Shown piece after piece: positions 9,540 to 18,568 of a DNA stretch of 64,000 nucleotides. The stretch spans positions 2,217 through 66,216 of the forward strand of contig JAZUHF010000041.1 in the NCBI GenBank assembly GCA_045641585.1. The letters are read 5' to 3'. Below the pieces are notes generated by a model. It ran no database searches, was not told the DNA's origin, and was given only the letters and a program-made list of their open reading frames with translations. The translations under genes and the position numbers were made by a program. The DNA is from Acutalibacteraceae bacterium (GTDB lineage Bacteria; Bacillota; Clostridia; Oscillospirales; Acutalibacteraceae). Every line of letters starts with the position of its first letter. Position 1 is the first letter of the stretch.

Positions 9540-9971
9540 ATGGATTACCAAATACACAATCTTTTATTCCGTTGCAACAAGGAGTTCAGCCATGAAAAAA
9601 TTCGTAAGCAGGAACTTTCCGATACGGAATGTATGATATGTTCCTACATCTATTCGCACGAAAACTGTTCGCAGGACGATGTGTCGGTCGCGCTGAAAAC
9701 TGACAAAACTACGGTCGGAAAAGCACTTGTGTCGCTTGAAAACAAATCCTGTGTCGTGCGGACACAAGACGGTTTGGATAAACGAATTAAGCGTTTGTCA
9801 CTAACAGATTTCGGACGGGAAAAAGTTGCGGAGCTCATCGATATTCATAACAACTGGCTTCGTGATATTATGACCTGTTTATCAAAGAAAGAACAAAAGC
9901 AATTTGAAAATTATTGTAAGCGGTTGCTTGCCACCGCAGAAAAACTTACCGGAGGCGAAGGAAACAAATAA
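9540..9971 (+). CDS. MarR-family transcriptional regulator
   Basis: 143 aa; winged-helix core ...QDDVSVALKTDKTTVGKALVSLENKSCVVRTQDGLDKRIKRLSLTDFG...; stop overlaps the MATE start (ATAATG). Confidence 0.75.
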   Translation: MDYQIHNLLFRCNKEFSHEKIRKQELSDTECMICSYIYSHENCSQDDVSVALKTDKTTVGKALVSLENKSCVVRTQDGLDKRIKRLSLTDFGREKVAELIDIHNNWLRDIMTCLSKKEQKQFENYCKRLLATAEKLTGGEGNK

Positions 9972-11356
9972 TGAATAACAAAACACAAACATCGGCTATT
10001 GAATCTTTTAAGACCGATTCCATACCAAAAATTGTAATCAAAAACAGTATTCCTGCACTTATTGCCATGATGATGGTGATGGTATATAACCTTGCCGATA
10101 CTTTCTTTTTAGGTCTTACCCATAACGATTTGCAGGTCACGGCAGTGTCTTTTGCAACACCGCTGTTTATGATTTTTATGTCGCTCGGCACACTGTTCGG
10201 TGTCGGCGGAACTTCTGTCATTTCCCGTGCACTCGGTGAGGGAAAGACGGAATACGCAAAGAAAGCCTGCTCGTTTTGTATGTGGGCGTGTGTCGTCGTA
10301 GGCGGCATAATGATGGCTGTTCTTTGGCTCTTTCTTGACGATGTAACCGTCATGCTCGGCGCAAGTGAAGAAAGTATGAAACTTACAAAAGATTACCTTG
10401 CTATAGCTATCGGCTGCGGTATTTTTTCTATGATTTCCAACTGTTTTTCATCTGTTGTTCGCACCGAAGGCGAAGCGATGAAGGCTATGACGGGAACGCT
10501 CATCGGCAACCTGCTTAATATGATTCTTGACCCGATTTTCATTCTCGGCTTCAAGTGGGGCGTGGTCGGTGCGGCAGTTGCGACAGTCATCGGCAATGCC
10601 GTTGCCGCAGGATATTACATAATGTATTTCTTAAAAGGAAAATCGGCACTTTCGATTAGTCCAAAATACTTTTCGATAAAAGACAAAATTCTGTCCGGCG
10701 TTCTTTCGGTCGGTATTTCCGCATCCATTGCAAATCTTCTCTCCAGTGTAACATCCATCTTCGTAAACTCGCAGCTTTCTGCCTATGAGGGCGGCGATAT
10801 GCTCGTTGCCGGTTACGGCGTGACCGCAAAGGTCATTATGATAGTAACGCTTATCGGTATCGGAATCGGCAGCGGCGTTCAGCCTTTTCTCGGTTACTGC
10901 TATGGCGCAAGGAATAAGGAAAGACTCACCGCAGGACTCCGCTTCACATTTGTATTTGGTCTCGCTTTTTGCATCGTTATTTCCGGTCTTTGTTTCTTCT
11001 TCGCCCAGCCGATCGTCAAAATCTTTCTTACAGATTTGACCGCTTTGAATGCAGGTGTCCATTTCACTCGCATTCTCATGACTACGGGCTGGCTGATAGG
11101 ACCTTTTATCATCTGTCAGAACACACTGCAGGCGATGGGCGCCGCAACACCCGCGCTTTCGGCTACCGTTATCCGTCAGGGTATTATCTTCATTCCCGCT
11201 GTGTTCATCATGAAAGCACTGATTGGCGTGGATGGTCTTATTTGGGCACAACCAATTACGGATATTCTCTCACTGGCGGTCATCATCATTATGCTGTGCC
11301 GGAAAATAGGGAAAACCGATTTTACTGCATCGGAACCGGTCGGCGCAAGGGAGTGA
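9971..11356 (+). CDS. MATE-family efflux transporter
   Basis: 461 aa, 12 predicted TM segments, MATE-like N-terminus ...IPALIAMMMVMVYNLADTFFLG... Confidence 0.8.
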   Translation: MNNKTQTSAIESFKTDSIPKIVIKNSIPALIAMMMVMVYNLADTFFLGLTHNDLQVTAVSFATPLFMIFMSLGTLFGVGGTSVISRALGEGKTEYAKKACSFCMWACVVVGGIMMAVLWLFLDDVTVMLGASEESMKLTKDYLAIAIGCGIFSMISNCFSSVVRTEGEAMKAMTGTLIGNLLNMILDPIFILGFKWGVVGAAVATVIGNAVAAGYYIMYFLKGKSALSISPKYFSIKDKILSGVLSVGISASIANLLSSVTSIFVNSQLSAYEGGDMLVAGYGVTAKVIMIVTLIGIGIGSGVQPFLGYCYGARNKERLTAGLRFTFVFGLAFCIVISGLCFFFAQPIVKIFLTDLTALNAGVHFTRILMTTGWLIGPFIICQNTLQAMGAATPALSATVIRQGIIFIPAVFIMKALIGVDGLIWAQPITDILSLAVIIIMLCRKIGKTDFTASEPVGARE

Positions 11357-11366
11357 AGGAGAATAT

Positions 11367-12023
11367 ATGAGTTATAAAGAAAACAACATCGACACCATCG
11401 GACACTTTTCCGTTGCTCTCGGCTTGTTCGACTATATTAATCCGATTTTTTACGGAGTTACCGTCATAACAATCATGATAAAAATGTTCGGTGTAATGGA
11501 TGTTCCGACATATATCTTTTTTGCGGTCGGTGCAGTTATTTCTCTGATATTCGGGCTTTCTATCCCGACGGTCAAACTCATTGTCGGACTTGGAAAAATG
11601 CAGTTCAAAATGCCGGTTAATCTGGTATCTTTCGTAAATACGGGAATTTTATTTTCCGGCATTGCGCTCGTTTTCCATGTTGTCGGAGTAAAACCGCTGA
11701 TACTGATATTGGTGTTGTTGTGTGCGACGGGCATTATCGGTTTTTTGTGGTATAAGACCGGAAAATTCAATACTGTTGCCGTGCTGATCGGTGCGGTCGG
11801 GTATTTGATGATTTATCTTTCCCTAATTACATTGTCGATAAGAAACGGCGTGATATTACCTGTCATTCTTTATGCACTTGCAATCTGTCTGTTCGTATTT
11901 CTTTGCCTTGTCGGAATCCTTTCCAACCTCAAAAATGCAAAGGTGCATTGGGCAATAGAAATCTCCAATGTGATGTGTCAGTTCTCGGTAGCACTCGCGA
12001 CGGTAATTCTGTTATGCAAATGA
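11367..12023 (+). CDS. Integral membrane protein, function unknown
   Basis: 218 aa, ~6 hydrophobic helices, follows MATE by 10 nt. Confidence 0.6.
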   Translation: MSYKENNIDTIGHFSVALGLFDYINPIFYGVTVITIMIKMFGVMDVPTYIFFAVGAVISLIFGLSIPTVKLIVGLGKMQFKMPVNLVSFVNTGILFSGIALVFHVVGVKPLILILVLLCATGIIGFLWYKTGKFNTVAVLIGAVGYLMIYLSLITLSIRNGVILPVILYALAICLFVFLCLVGILSNLKNAKVHWAIEISNVMCQFSVALATVILLCK

Positions 12024-12096
12024 TTGGTTTATAGCGGCAATTCATAATAGGAAAACATCTGTTTATATTAAACAACAAAATAGCACATAAGAACAG

Positions 12097-12127
12097 CGGC
12101 AAGGATAATTCCCTGCCGTATTTTTTG
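12097..12127 (+). terminator. Rho-independent terminator of the MarR-MATE-membrane protein unit
   Basis: CGGCAAGG / CCCTGCCG stem followed by TATTTTTT. Confidence 0.55.
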
Positions 12128-12147
12128 TAACAAATCCGTGAAATCAT

Positions 12148-12177
12148 TTGACAAGCGACCAAATGGTCGCTTAATGT
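12148..12177 (+). promoter_or_regulatory. Promoter with embedded palindromic operator (TetR-type autoregulation site)
   Basis: TTGACA (12148-12153). The 17-18 nt spacer contains the palindrome AGCGACC-AAAT-GGTCGCT (12154-12171). TAATGT -10. Confidence 0.55.
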
Positions 12178-12195
12178 CGTTTATGGAGGTCAAAT

Positions 12196-12390
12196 ATGGG
12201 TAAGGAAAAGAAAGACAAAATTTTGGATGAAGCACTTGTGAGCTTTGTGGAAAACGGATACAAAGGAACGAATCTTCGTGATTTTGCGGCAGGCATGGGA
12301 TTGAGCAAATCGGGCTTTTCTTTCCATAATGTTTTTAATAGGTCGCAAAAAACATCAATTCTATCCGGTTTTTTCATTTTTTCCTCCTGA
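12196..12390 (+). pseudogene. TetR-family regulator, N-terminal HTH fragment only (truncated after ~48 codons)
   Basis: MGKEKKDKILDEALVSFVENGYKGTNLRDFAAGMGLSKSGF... is a TetR HTH. Homology is lost near 12340 and the frame ends in junk; no ligand-binding domain follows. Confidence 0.6.
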
Positions 12391-12542
12391 AAAGTTTCGG
12401 TATCTCCGCTGAAAAGCGGTCAAAATCTTCATTTATCTATCAGATTTTGTATGGCTTTCCGATACCGAGAAGTCGCCGGGATTTCGTTTCCGGCAGACGG
12501 TCGGGTTTCGTCTCCCGACACGGTGCAAAGCACGGCAGGGCA

Positions 12543-12584
12543 TAAAAAATCCACCCTGTATAATATTAATACCATACAGGGTGG
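12543..12584 (-). terminator. Terminator downstream of the 308-aa gene
   Basis: CCACCCTGTAT...ATACAGGGTGG stem, T-tract on the minus strand; flank resembles the terminator at 13581-13625. Confidence 0.6.
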
Positions 12585-12631
12585 GGATTTTCTGGAACAT
12601 CTCTATTAACATATAATATCCATCTGATAAT

Positions 12632-13558
12632 TCAGACAGTAAATCTCTTTACATATTCTTCGGTTAAAATTCGATGATAAGTGTTGGCAAATCTTGATAG
12701 TTCCATTTTGCCACGCAAAAAGTCGCTAATTATTGTGAGTATTCGCATTTTTCCGTTTAATTCCCCTTGGTAGTACTCTAAATCCATATAATTTGTAATA
12801 TTCTCATAATATACCGAGCCGTCCGGACGCTGAAAAAAGCCCCATGCTACGGTGCCGATATCACCGTGTTGATTTTCAATTTTATTGCTTTCATCATAAT
12901 CTTTGCTGATTTTTTTGAGAACAAAAGCACCGCCAATAAGGAATAAATTTCGATCAGACGGGTAGTTTAGTATTAAAATATCACCTTGCTTGAATGGTAA
13001 AGGAAAATTCGGCTGTATATCGCTGAGATACGATAAAACCGCCGTTTCGTCATGGGAATAACGGCTGTCATAAATACCGCTTAAAAAAACTTTTTCATTA
13101 TATCCTTTTACAATATATCCGTCTTTATAGAACCGAAAAATCGCAAATCGGTCATATTTCCTTTCTCTTTTTTCTTCTGCAATATATTTAAGACATTCCG
13201 CCTCAGATAAAAAAGCTTTATCTATACGAGTCGGTGCAGTTTCATCGTCATACCATTCCGCCTGAAAAACCGGAGTGTCTTCTGTGCTGCTGAATTTTTG
13301 TAAAGTATTTTCTTTGATTTTGATATACTCTTTTAATAATTCATGCAGAGTATTTATTCCGACTTGTTGGATTGGTTTCTCAAGTATAGCATCCGGCATT
13401 GTGTCGATTATTTCACGGAAAGCTGATAACTGTTCGGATAAACAAGCCGATTGATTGCAGTAAACAAGCCATGCTGTTTCCAATGTATTAAACTGATAAT
13501 TGATTTTACGCAAATAATCCCGAACATCCCGAGAATTAAACCACTTGAAAACATCCAT
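12632..13558 (-). CDS. Hypothetical protein; N-terminal ~90 aa paralogous to the 17982..18554 product
   Basis: 308 aa. MDVFKWFNSRDVRDYLRKINYQFNTLETAWLVY...LSEQLSAFREIIDTMPD aligns with MDILHFIDSKDIREKLKKSCYKFSTLEAAYIVY...LSEKHEAWEEIIKSMPD. Confidence 0.6.
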   Translation of the reverse strand: MDVFKWFNSRDVRDYLRKINYQFNTLETAWLVYCNQSACLSEQLSAFREIIDTMPDAILEKPIQQVGINTLHELLKEYIKIKENTLQKFSSTEDTPVFQAEWYDDETAPTRIDKAFLSEAECLKYIAEEKRERKYDRFAIFRFYKDGYIVKGYNEKVFLSGIYDSRYSHDETAVLSYLSDIQPNFPLPFKQGDILILNYPSDRNLFLIGGAFVLKKISKDYDESNKIENQHGDIGTVAWGFFQRPDGSVYYENITNYMDLEYYQGELNGKMRILTIISDFLRGKMELSRFANTYHRILTEEYVKRFTV

Positions 13559-13580
13559 CTATTAAAATCTCCTTTTGAAA

Positions 13581-13625
13581 TAAAAATCCCGCCTTGCTTG
13601 ATTTAATAATATCAAACAGGGTGGG
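13581..13625 (-). terminator. Terminator downstream of the small lipoprotein gene
   Basis: CCCGCCTTG...CAGGGTGGG stem (G-U pairs), T-tract on the minus strand. Confidence 0.5.
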
Positions 13626-13641
13626 AGTTTTTTGGAACATA

Positions 13642-14079
13642 TTATTTTATTTTTTCACGGGTTATGGATATAGACCACATAAAATTCGGTATATTCCTAT
13701 CTCTATAACAGTTATAACAACTCGAACTGTCGGAATATTGAATGGTGTCGCCGTTTGAAAAATCAAGGTCTTTTACATCAATTATATTATCTTCTGCAAA
13801 GCCGTCATCACCGCATATCGGGCATGCCGCCCAAACATGGATTTTATTTCGTGCGACTTCCTGGTCGTCACAATTCGGTACCTCATCATTCGGCCCGTAG
13901 TAGATGCAGTTACTGACACCCTGCAATGGCTTAACAATGTAAGTATAAGCCGTTGGGTCATCTGCTTTTGTATCGCTTTGCTTTACCTTTTCACCGTCTT
14001 TTTGAGGACTACCACCGCAACCGCAAAGAGCACAAACAAGCAACCCTGCCACCAACAATAAACTAATAACTTTTTTCAT
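13642..14079 (-). CDS. Small Cys-rich lipoprotein, function unknown
   Basis: ATG at 14079 with AGGAGG 8 nt upstream; MKKVISLLLVAGLLVCALCGC lipobox; CPICGDD...CYNC cysteine pairs. Confidence 0.6.
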   Translation of the reverse strand: MKKVISLLLVAGLLVCALCGCGGSPQKDGEKVKQSDTKADDPTAYTYIVKPLQGVSNCIYYGPNDEVPNCDDQEVARNKIHVWAACPICGDDGFAEDNIIDVKDLDFSNGDTIQYSDSSSCYNCYRDRNIPNFMWSISITREKIK

Positions 14080-14173
14080 AAAACTACCTCCTGAAATTTT
14101 CGGTAGTTTTATATTAGCATAGGCGATGGGATAAAAACGGGAAACAAAACAAAAAATTGAAAAAATCATATTT

Positions 14174-14824
14174 TTATAATAGTTTGTTTAAGTATTCTTT
14201 ATAGTTGTCTGCAGAATAACCGCCTCTTGCCGATGGATGTCGTAATCCATAGAAATCAACATCATGATTCAAAAGCATATTACTATTATTATGTTCTATA
14301 CCTCTAAGATATTTACAATGACCAATATAATCACTGCATTTTCCTACCATAATATTTTTATCGTTAATACGATTTTGAATGTTTTCTTCTTTGAAAAATT
14401 TTCTTGACAAACTTGGAAGATTATTGAAAACTAGTCTACTAAACACAAATACTTTTGTAATGTCATTTTCGTTAATAAAAGCAAATAGCTGGTCATTACA
14501 TTTTATTCTATTTGTTTGCAAATGTATTTTCGCTTTGCTGTCTCCTACGCCACAAAGTACATCAATATAATTCCCAAAATATACTTTGTTCCAAAAGTCT
14601 TCTCGCTGTTCTTTCGTTTCGGATTCATATCCAAACGAATTAGCAATTTTTTTGAAAAAATATAATGACTTTTTTGAGTTGTTAATATCAAGAATATGCT
14701 CTTTGACAACACTTTCTGTTGTATATGGTGCAGGTATTCCTGCTTGAGGGTAATCATCACTTGTATGGTGCGATTCTCCCAAAATCAAAATATTACTATC
14801 TTGTCCCCAAACTCCATGATGCAT
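14174..14824 (-). CDS. Hypothetical protein with uracil-DNA-glycosylase-superfamily-like motif layout
   Basis: Start ATG 14824 (AAGGAGA 7 nt upstream). ILILGESHH near the N-terminus, YFGNYIDV mid-protein and GLRHPSARGG near the C-terminus mimic UDG motif A / Asn / HPS motif B order. Confidence 0.35.
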   Translation of the reverse strand: MHHGVWGQDSNILILGESHHTSDDYPQAGIPAPYTTESVVKEHILDINNSKKSLYFFKKIANSFGYESETKEQREDFWNKVYFGNYIDVLCGVGDSKAKIHLQTNRIKCNDQLFAFINENDITKVFVFSRLVFNNLPSLSRKFFKEENIQNRINDKNIMVGKCSDYIGHCKYLRGIEHNNSNMLLNHDVDFYGLRHPSARGGYSADNYKEYLNKLL

Positions 14825-14882
14825 AAACATTCTCCTTTTGTTTTCTGTTTTATAACCGATTTGCAATTAGAATTCCGTCCAA

Positions 14883-15000
14883 TTACTTATAATTTTCTAT
14901 CGCCTCAATGAGGTCTTTTTTTATTGTATCAACCAAACTTTTGGGTGTTAGTACGGTTATATGCCTTGCGTATTGCAGTCCCAAATTTCGCATAGCATTA
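14883..15000 (-). pseudogene. 3'-terminal remnant (~39 codons) of a second WYL-regulator gene
   Basis: Translates to ...NAMRNLGLQYARHITVLTPKSLVDTIKKDLIEAIENYK*. The intact WYL gene ends ...EAMRNWALQYARHITVLTPKSLVETIKKDLIEAVENYK* (16103-16220). The nucleotide repeat is ~120 bp. Confidence 0.75.
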
Positions 15001-15015
15001 AAAATTCCGAGTATT

Positions 15016-16089
15016 TTATATTTCGATTTTGGAAAGTCCTGCATCGGCTAACATTTTTGAAAATTCTTTACCGGAGATTAGTCTTACATTATGGAGTGTC
15101 CCTTCTGCTTTTGCTTCTTCGGAAAAATCATCACAAGATGAAACAACCCAAGTTATATAGTTAAATCCGCCCTCACAGTCAATCCACAATTCGGAATCGG
15201 AATCTTCAAGTTGTTCTTTATAACGGATAATTTGTTTTACTGCAAAATCACTTGTTTCGTACTCATGTTTTTTTACTTGTATCAACACACAGACTTTCAG
15301 CGTATTAAAAAGTGCCACGACATCGGCATCAGCTTGGTCTTTTTTGCCGTGCTCGTTTTTAGCGGGAATATATACATAATCCGCACCGATACATTCCATA
15401 TAATTCTTTACAAGCATTTCAAAATTATCGGGGGTTAAAGCGGTGATGGCATTATATAGTGAACTCGCCGCACTTTCCAATGCGGTTTCGTAAAAATTGA
15501 TGGGTTTATTATCTTTGAAACCGTTTAACGCTTTTTTGACACTTACGGAAATGTCCGATATATCTCCGTTTGTTTGCCGCATTTTCATTCTTGCGGTTAG
15601 TTTGTTATCGGCATAATCCTTACGGGATATGCCATCCGCTAAAATCTCAACTTTTATGACAAATCCCAAATCAATACATTCGGTGCTGTTTTCTCTTTTT
15701 AATAATTTATTATTGTCGCACCATTTAACAAATTCGCCGGTTTTATCATAAAAATCTGCAATTTGCTCTTTGATTTCAAAAATCGGTTTTGCAATTTCCG
15801 CCACTTCACAAATTGAAAATTTACCGCCAAACAACGGTACCACTATAATATCGCCCACATTAAACTGTGCAAGATACCACATATCCCATCTTGACCGTTT
15901 TTTCTCATTCGGACGGTAATGATGATATGTATTTTCAAAAGCTTGATAATTATCGTCTTTGCGTGCATCATTCAAAATATCTGTTTCGGTAAAAGCCGAC
16001 CAGCCAAGTGATAAATAACCTTTTTCGTAAAGATAATATGACACCGCCCATTCGTGACTGATTCTGTGTAACCAATATTTCTTTTCCAT
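15016..16089 (-). CDS. Mrr-like (PD-(D/E)xK) restriction endonuclease with an uncharacterised N-terminal domain
   Basis: C-terminal ...FEMLVKNYMECIGADYVYIPAKNEHGKKDQADADVVALFNTLKVCVLIQVKKHE... matches the Mrr_cat D...(Q/E)xK core. N-terminal ~200 aa (YWLHRISHEW...GDIIVVP) may be a PUA/EVE-like reader (inference). Confidence 0.6.
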   Translation of the reverse strand: MEKKYWLHRISHEWAVSYYLYEKGYLSLGWSAFTETDILNDARKDDNYQAFENTYHHYRPNEKKRSRWDMWYLAQFNVGDIIVVPLFGGKFSICEVAEIAKPIFEIKEQIADFYDKTGEFVKWCDNNKLLKRENSTECIDLGFVIKVEILADGISRKDYADNKLTARMKMRQTNGDISDISVSVKKALNGFKDNKPINFYETALESAASSLYNAITALTPDNFEMLVKNYMECIGADYVYIPAKNEHGKKDQADADVVALFNTLKVCVLIQVKKHEYETSDFAVKQIIRYKEQLEDSDSELWIDCEGGFNYITWVVSSCDDFSEEAKAEGTLHNVRLISGKEFSKMLADAGLSKIEI

Positions 16090-16102
16090 AAATAGCAATT
16101 CC

Positions 16103-17152
16103 TCACTTATAATTCTCTACCGCCTCAATGAGGTCTTTTTTTATTGTCTCAACCAAACTTTTTGGTGTTAAGACGGTGATATGTCTTGCGTATTGAAGTG
16201 CCCAATTTCGCATTGCCTCATAATTTACGGTGGTGCGGACGGTCAGCTCGTCGTCGGTTTCGTCATAAAACTCAACATCTTTTCCGAACCAGTCAATAAT
16301 ATCGGCAACGATATACTTTTTTGCCCTGAATGTTACGGGAACACTCTCGCCGGCGAACATATAAATATGCTCCGCCATGTGTTTAGGCAGATTAAAACCG
16401 TTTTTTATTTCGGGCACATTTTTCTGCGGTTTTGCGGGGGTATCAAGCATTTTTATATTGGCTATTCTGTCAAGGCGGACATTCGCTACATCGTCATATC
16501 GGTCATAGTTGCAAATAAGATAATATTTTCCGTTTGTTGCTGCTATCTGATACGGATTTACGGTGTAAACCTTTTTGCATTTGTCCTCAAAGCTTTCGGT
16601 ATGAAGTTTTTTGTCAACGCCGTAATAGACATAGGAAAAAGAGATTTGCCTATGCTTACTTATTGCCTCGTCAATAACATCAATATTATAAAAAAGCTGT
16701 TTGTTTTGCGGAGAATTGTCAGGCATAGTGCTTATATGCTTTATCCTCGCCTTAAAATACTGATTTGAAAGCCCTGACAGTTTGCTGACAAGCTCTTTGC
16801 ACTGGCTATACGGAATATGCTTTGAAAAAATAAGACCGTCAATAAGTAAGCGCAGTTCACTGTCGGTAAACTCCCTTTCAAGATAAAAGTCGGATAGGAT
16901 ATAACTTTCCTCCATACCGCCGTCTTTTGAGGGAATCATACGAAGCGACTCGCTGTAATTGATGTCATAACCGAAGTCAATGAGGTTCATCAAATTCCGC
17001 TTGACCGACTTTCTGTCCGCTGTCATATTGTATTCGTTTTTTAGAATTTCAACGATTTCCTTTTGACTGAGCCGATGATTTTCATCGGTATATCTTTTTA
17101 AGATATCAAGAATGTTCATTATAAGCAGTTTTTTCGGTTGGGTTGTATACAT
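16103..17152 (-). CDS. HTH-WYL-WCX transcriptional regulator (BrxR/CapW-like architecture)
   Basis: 349 aa. N-terminal wHTH (ILDILKRYTDENHRLSQKEIVEIL). Central WYL-like ...FSYVYYGVDKKLH...YTVNPYQIAATNGKYYLICNYDRYDDVANVRLDRI. Confidence 0.75.
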   Translation of the reverse strand: MYTTQPKKLLIMNILDILKRYTDENHRLSQKEIVEILKNEYNMTADRKSVKRNLMNLIDFGYDINYSESLRMIPSKDGGMEESYILSDFYLEREFTDSELRLLIDGLIFSKHIPYSQCKELVSKLSGLSNQYFKARIKHISTMPDNSPQNKQLFYNIDVIDEAISKHRQISFSYVYYGVDKKLHTESFEDKCKKVYTVNPYQIAATNGKYYLICNYDRYDDVANVRLDRIANIKMLDTPAKPQKNVPEIKNGFNLPKHMAEHIYMFAGESVPVTFRAKKYIVADIIDWFGKDVEFYDETDDELTVRTTVNYEAMRNWALQYARHITVLTPKSLVETIKKDLIEAVENYK

Positions 17153-17162
17153 AAAATCACCT

Positions 17163-17861
17163 TTATTTATTGTTTAATATTATTGTGCCATCAAATTCAT
17201 TTTTTGCATGGCCATAGACCCATAAGGCTCTATCTGTATGACGATCTATTTTTGATGTTCCAAACAACTTTTCAAGAAGCCAGATATATTCATTAAGCAA
17301 AGCAAATACATCATCTATTTTGTCTTTGTCCGGTGGTGCGCTGACATAAATTTTATTTACATTAACATTAGCATAAAGCGCTTTGGATGCTTTGTGAGCA
17401 AATTTATCATAAATGGGAATTTCGCCTTTTGAAATGAAATGCATAAGCGTAATAATATATACTGTTCCGAAATTCGCAGGTGAATTTTTCGCCAATTCGG
17501 AAAAAGCAGTTTTATAATCACCGCTATCTATTAGTTTTTCAATACAATTACAGTCAATACTTTGAATGTAATCGTCCAATCCGCTGATTTCTTTTCCATA
17601 ACCGTTTAAAATATTGCCGTTTTTTGTATGCACAACTTGACCGTTGTCGTCCAATCGTCCCATTTTCCAAGCGGCAATCCAAAAATCAATTTTTCCTGCA
17701 TTTTCATATTTTTCTGCTATACTTTCGACTTCGCACGAAGTTTTATTTCTAACAGTGATATTTTTAATTGATGTGCCATCCTTATAATACATGGATTCAA
17801 ATGTTTTAATATTCTTTTTAAACCATTCTATTGAAAAAGCGTCTTCACTTAATTCACTCAT
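17163..17861 (-). CDS. Hypothetical protein, first gene of the WYL/Mrr-like operon
   Basis: ATG 17861 with GGGAGG 7 nt upstream; 232 aa; 10-nt gap to the WYL gene; no recognisable motif. Confidence 0.55.
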   Translation of the reverse strand: MSELSEDAFSIEWFKKNIKTFESMYYKDGTSIKNITVRNKTSCEVESIAEKYENAGKIDFWIAAWKMGRLDDNGQVVHTKNGNILNGYGKEISGLDDYIQSIDCNCIEKLIDSGDYKTAFSELAKNSPANFGTVYIITLMHFISKGEIPIYDKFAHKASKALYANVNVNKIYVSAPPDKDKIDDVFALLNEYIWLLEKLFGTSKIDRHTDRALWVYGHAKNEFDGTIILNNK

Positions 17862-17981
17862 ATATTTACCTCCCAAAAAAATTTTACATTTTTATTCTAC
17901 CATTGTTATTATAAAAATACAACACCCAATGCGACAATTTTGCCCCACACGGTTTGTTATTATAATTTCGGAGGGAAAATT

Positions 17982-18554
17982 ATGGATATTTTACATTTTA
18001 TCGATTCAAAAGATATAAGGGAAAAGCTTAAAAAAAGCTGTTACAAATTCAGCACTTTAGAAGCGGCATATATCGTTTATTTCAGTATAAAAGCGACCTT
18101 ATCTGAAAAGCACGAAGCTTGGGAAGAAATAATAAAAAGTATGCCGGACTGTAAAATCCCCATTGATGAAAACACACCCGAATACAACAGTATTCATACC
18201 CTTTTGCGAAAGCATATAGATATGGAAAACGAACTGTTAAATAACTTTATGAACGCCGAAAACAGCATATATACAATAGAATCAAACGCCGTATTTTCAA
18301 GCTATGAATCCTGCATAAATAACAGAAAATATGCATTTACCGGCAGAAAAGAGCATTACTGTTGTTGCCGTCTTGAAATTGACAATCCCTATAAGTCCGA
18401 TTATTTGTTTTTGAATAAAGATTTTGAAATAAGTAACACTCATTTTGAAATAGATTCATACGAGGAGGATTTTTTGGAATATGCCTTTGACGATAAATAT
18501 TTTTTGGACTTTAACAAACGGTTTTTCGGCATAACTCCAACTAAAAAACAGTAA
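17982..18554 (+). CDS. Hypothetical protein; N-terminal domain paralogous to the 12632..13558 product
   Basis: ATG 17982 after GGAGGG; 190 aa; see the alignment given for 12632..13558. Confidence 0.6.
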   Translation: MDILHFIDSKDIREKLKKSCYKFSTLEAAYIVYFSIKATLSEKHEAWEEIIKSMPDCKIPIDENTPEYNSIHTLLRKHIDMENELLNNFMNAENSIYTIESNAVFSSYESCINNRKYAFTGRKEHYCCCRLEIDNPYKSDYLFLNKDFEISNTHFEIDSYEEDFLEYAFDDKYFLDFNKRFFGITPTKKQ

Positions 18555-18568
18555 GGTGAAAGGATAAA

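Noticed and set aside
10631-11251. 206-aa ORF antisense to the MATE transporter, plus similar antisense ORFs (1560-1793, 5057-5497, 8317-8676, 9946-10353, 16181-16768, 36749-37201, 45033-45434, 47198-47671, 58681-59028, 63050-63385)
   Set aside because: All lie inside or across well-supported genes on the other strand. They lack RBSs and have skewed (Cys/Arg/His-rich or low-complexity) composition. They are shadow ORFs.
12171-12377. 68-aa minus-strand ORF with an AGGAGG-like RBS (MKKPDRIDVFCDLL...)
   Set aside because: It overlaps the TetR HTH fragment on the opposite strand and has no recognisable motif. It may be a short stump of another broken gene, but that is not supportable.
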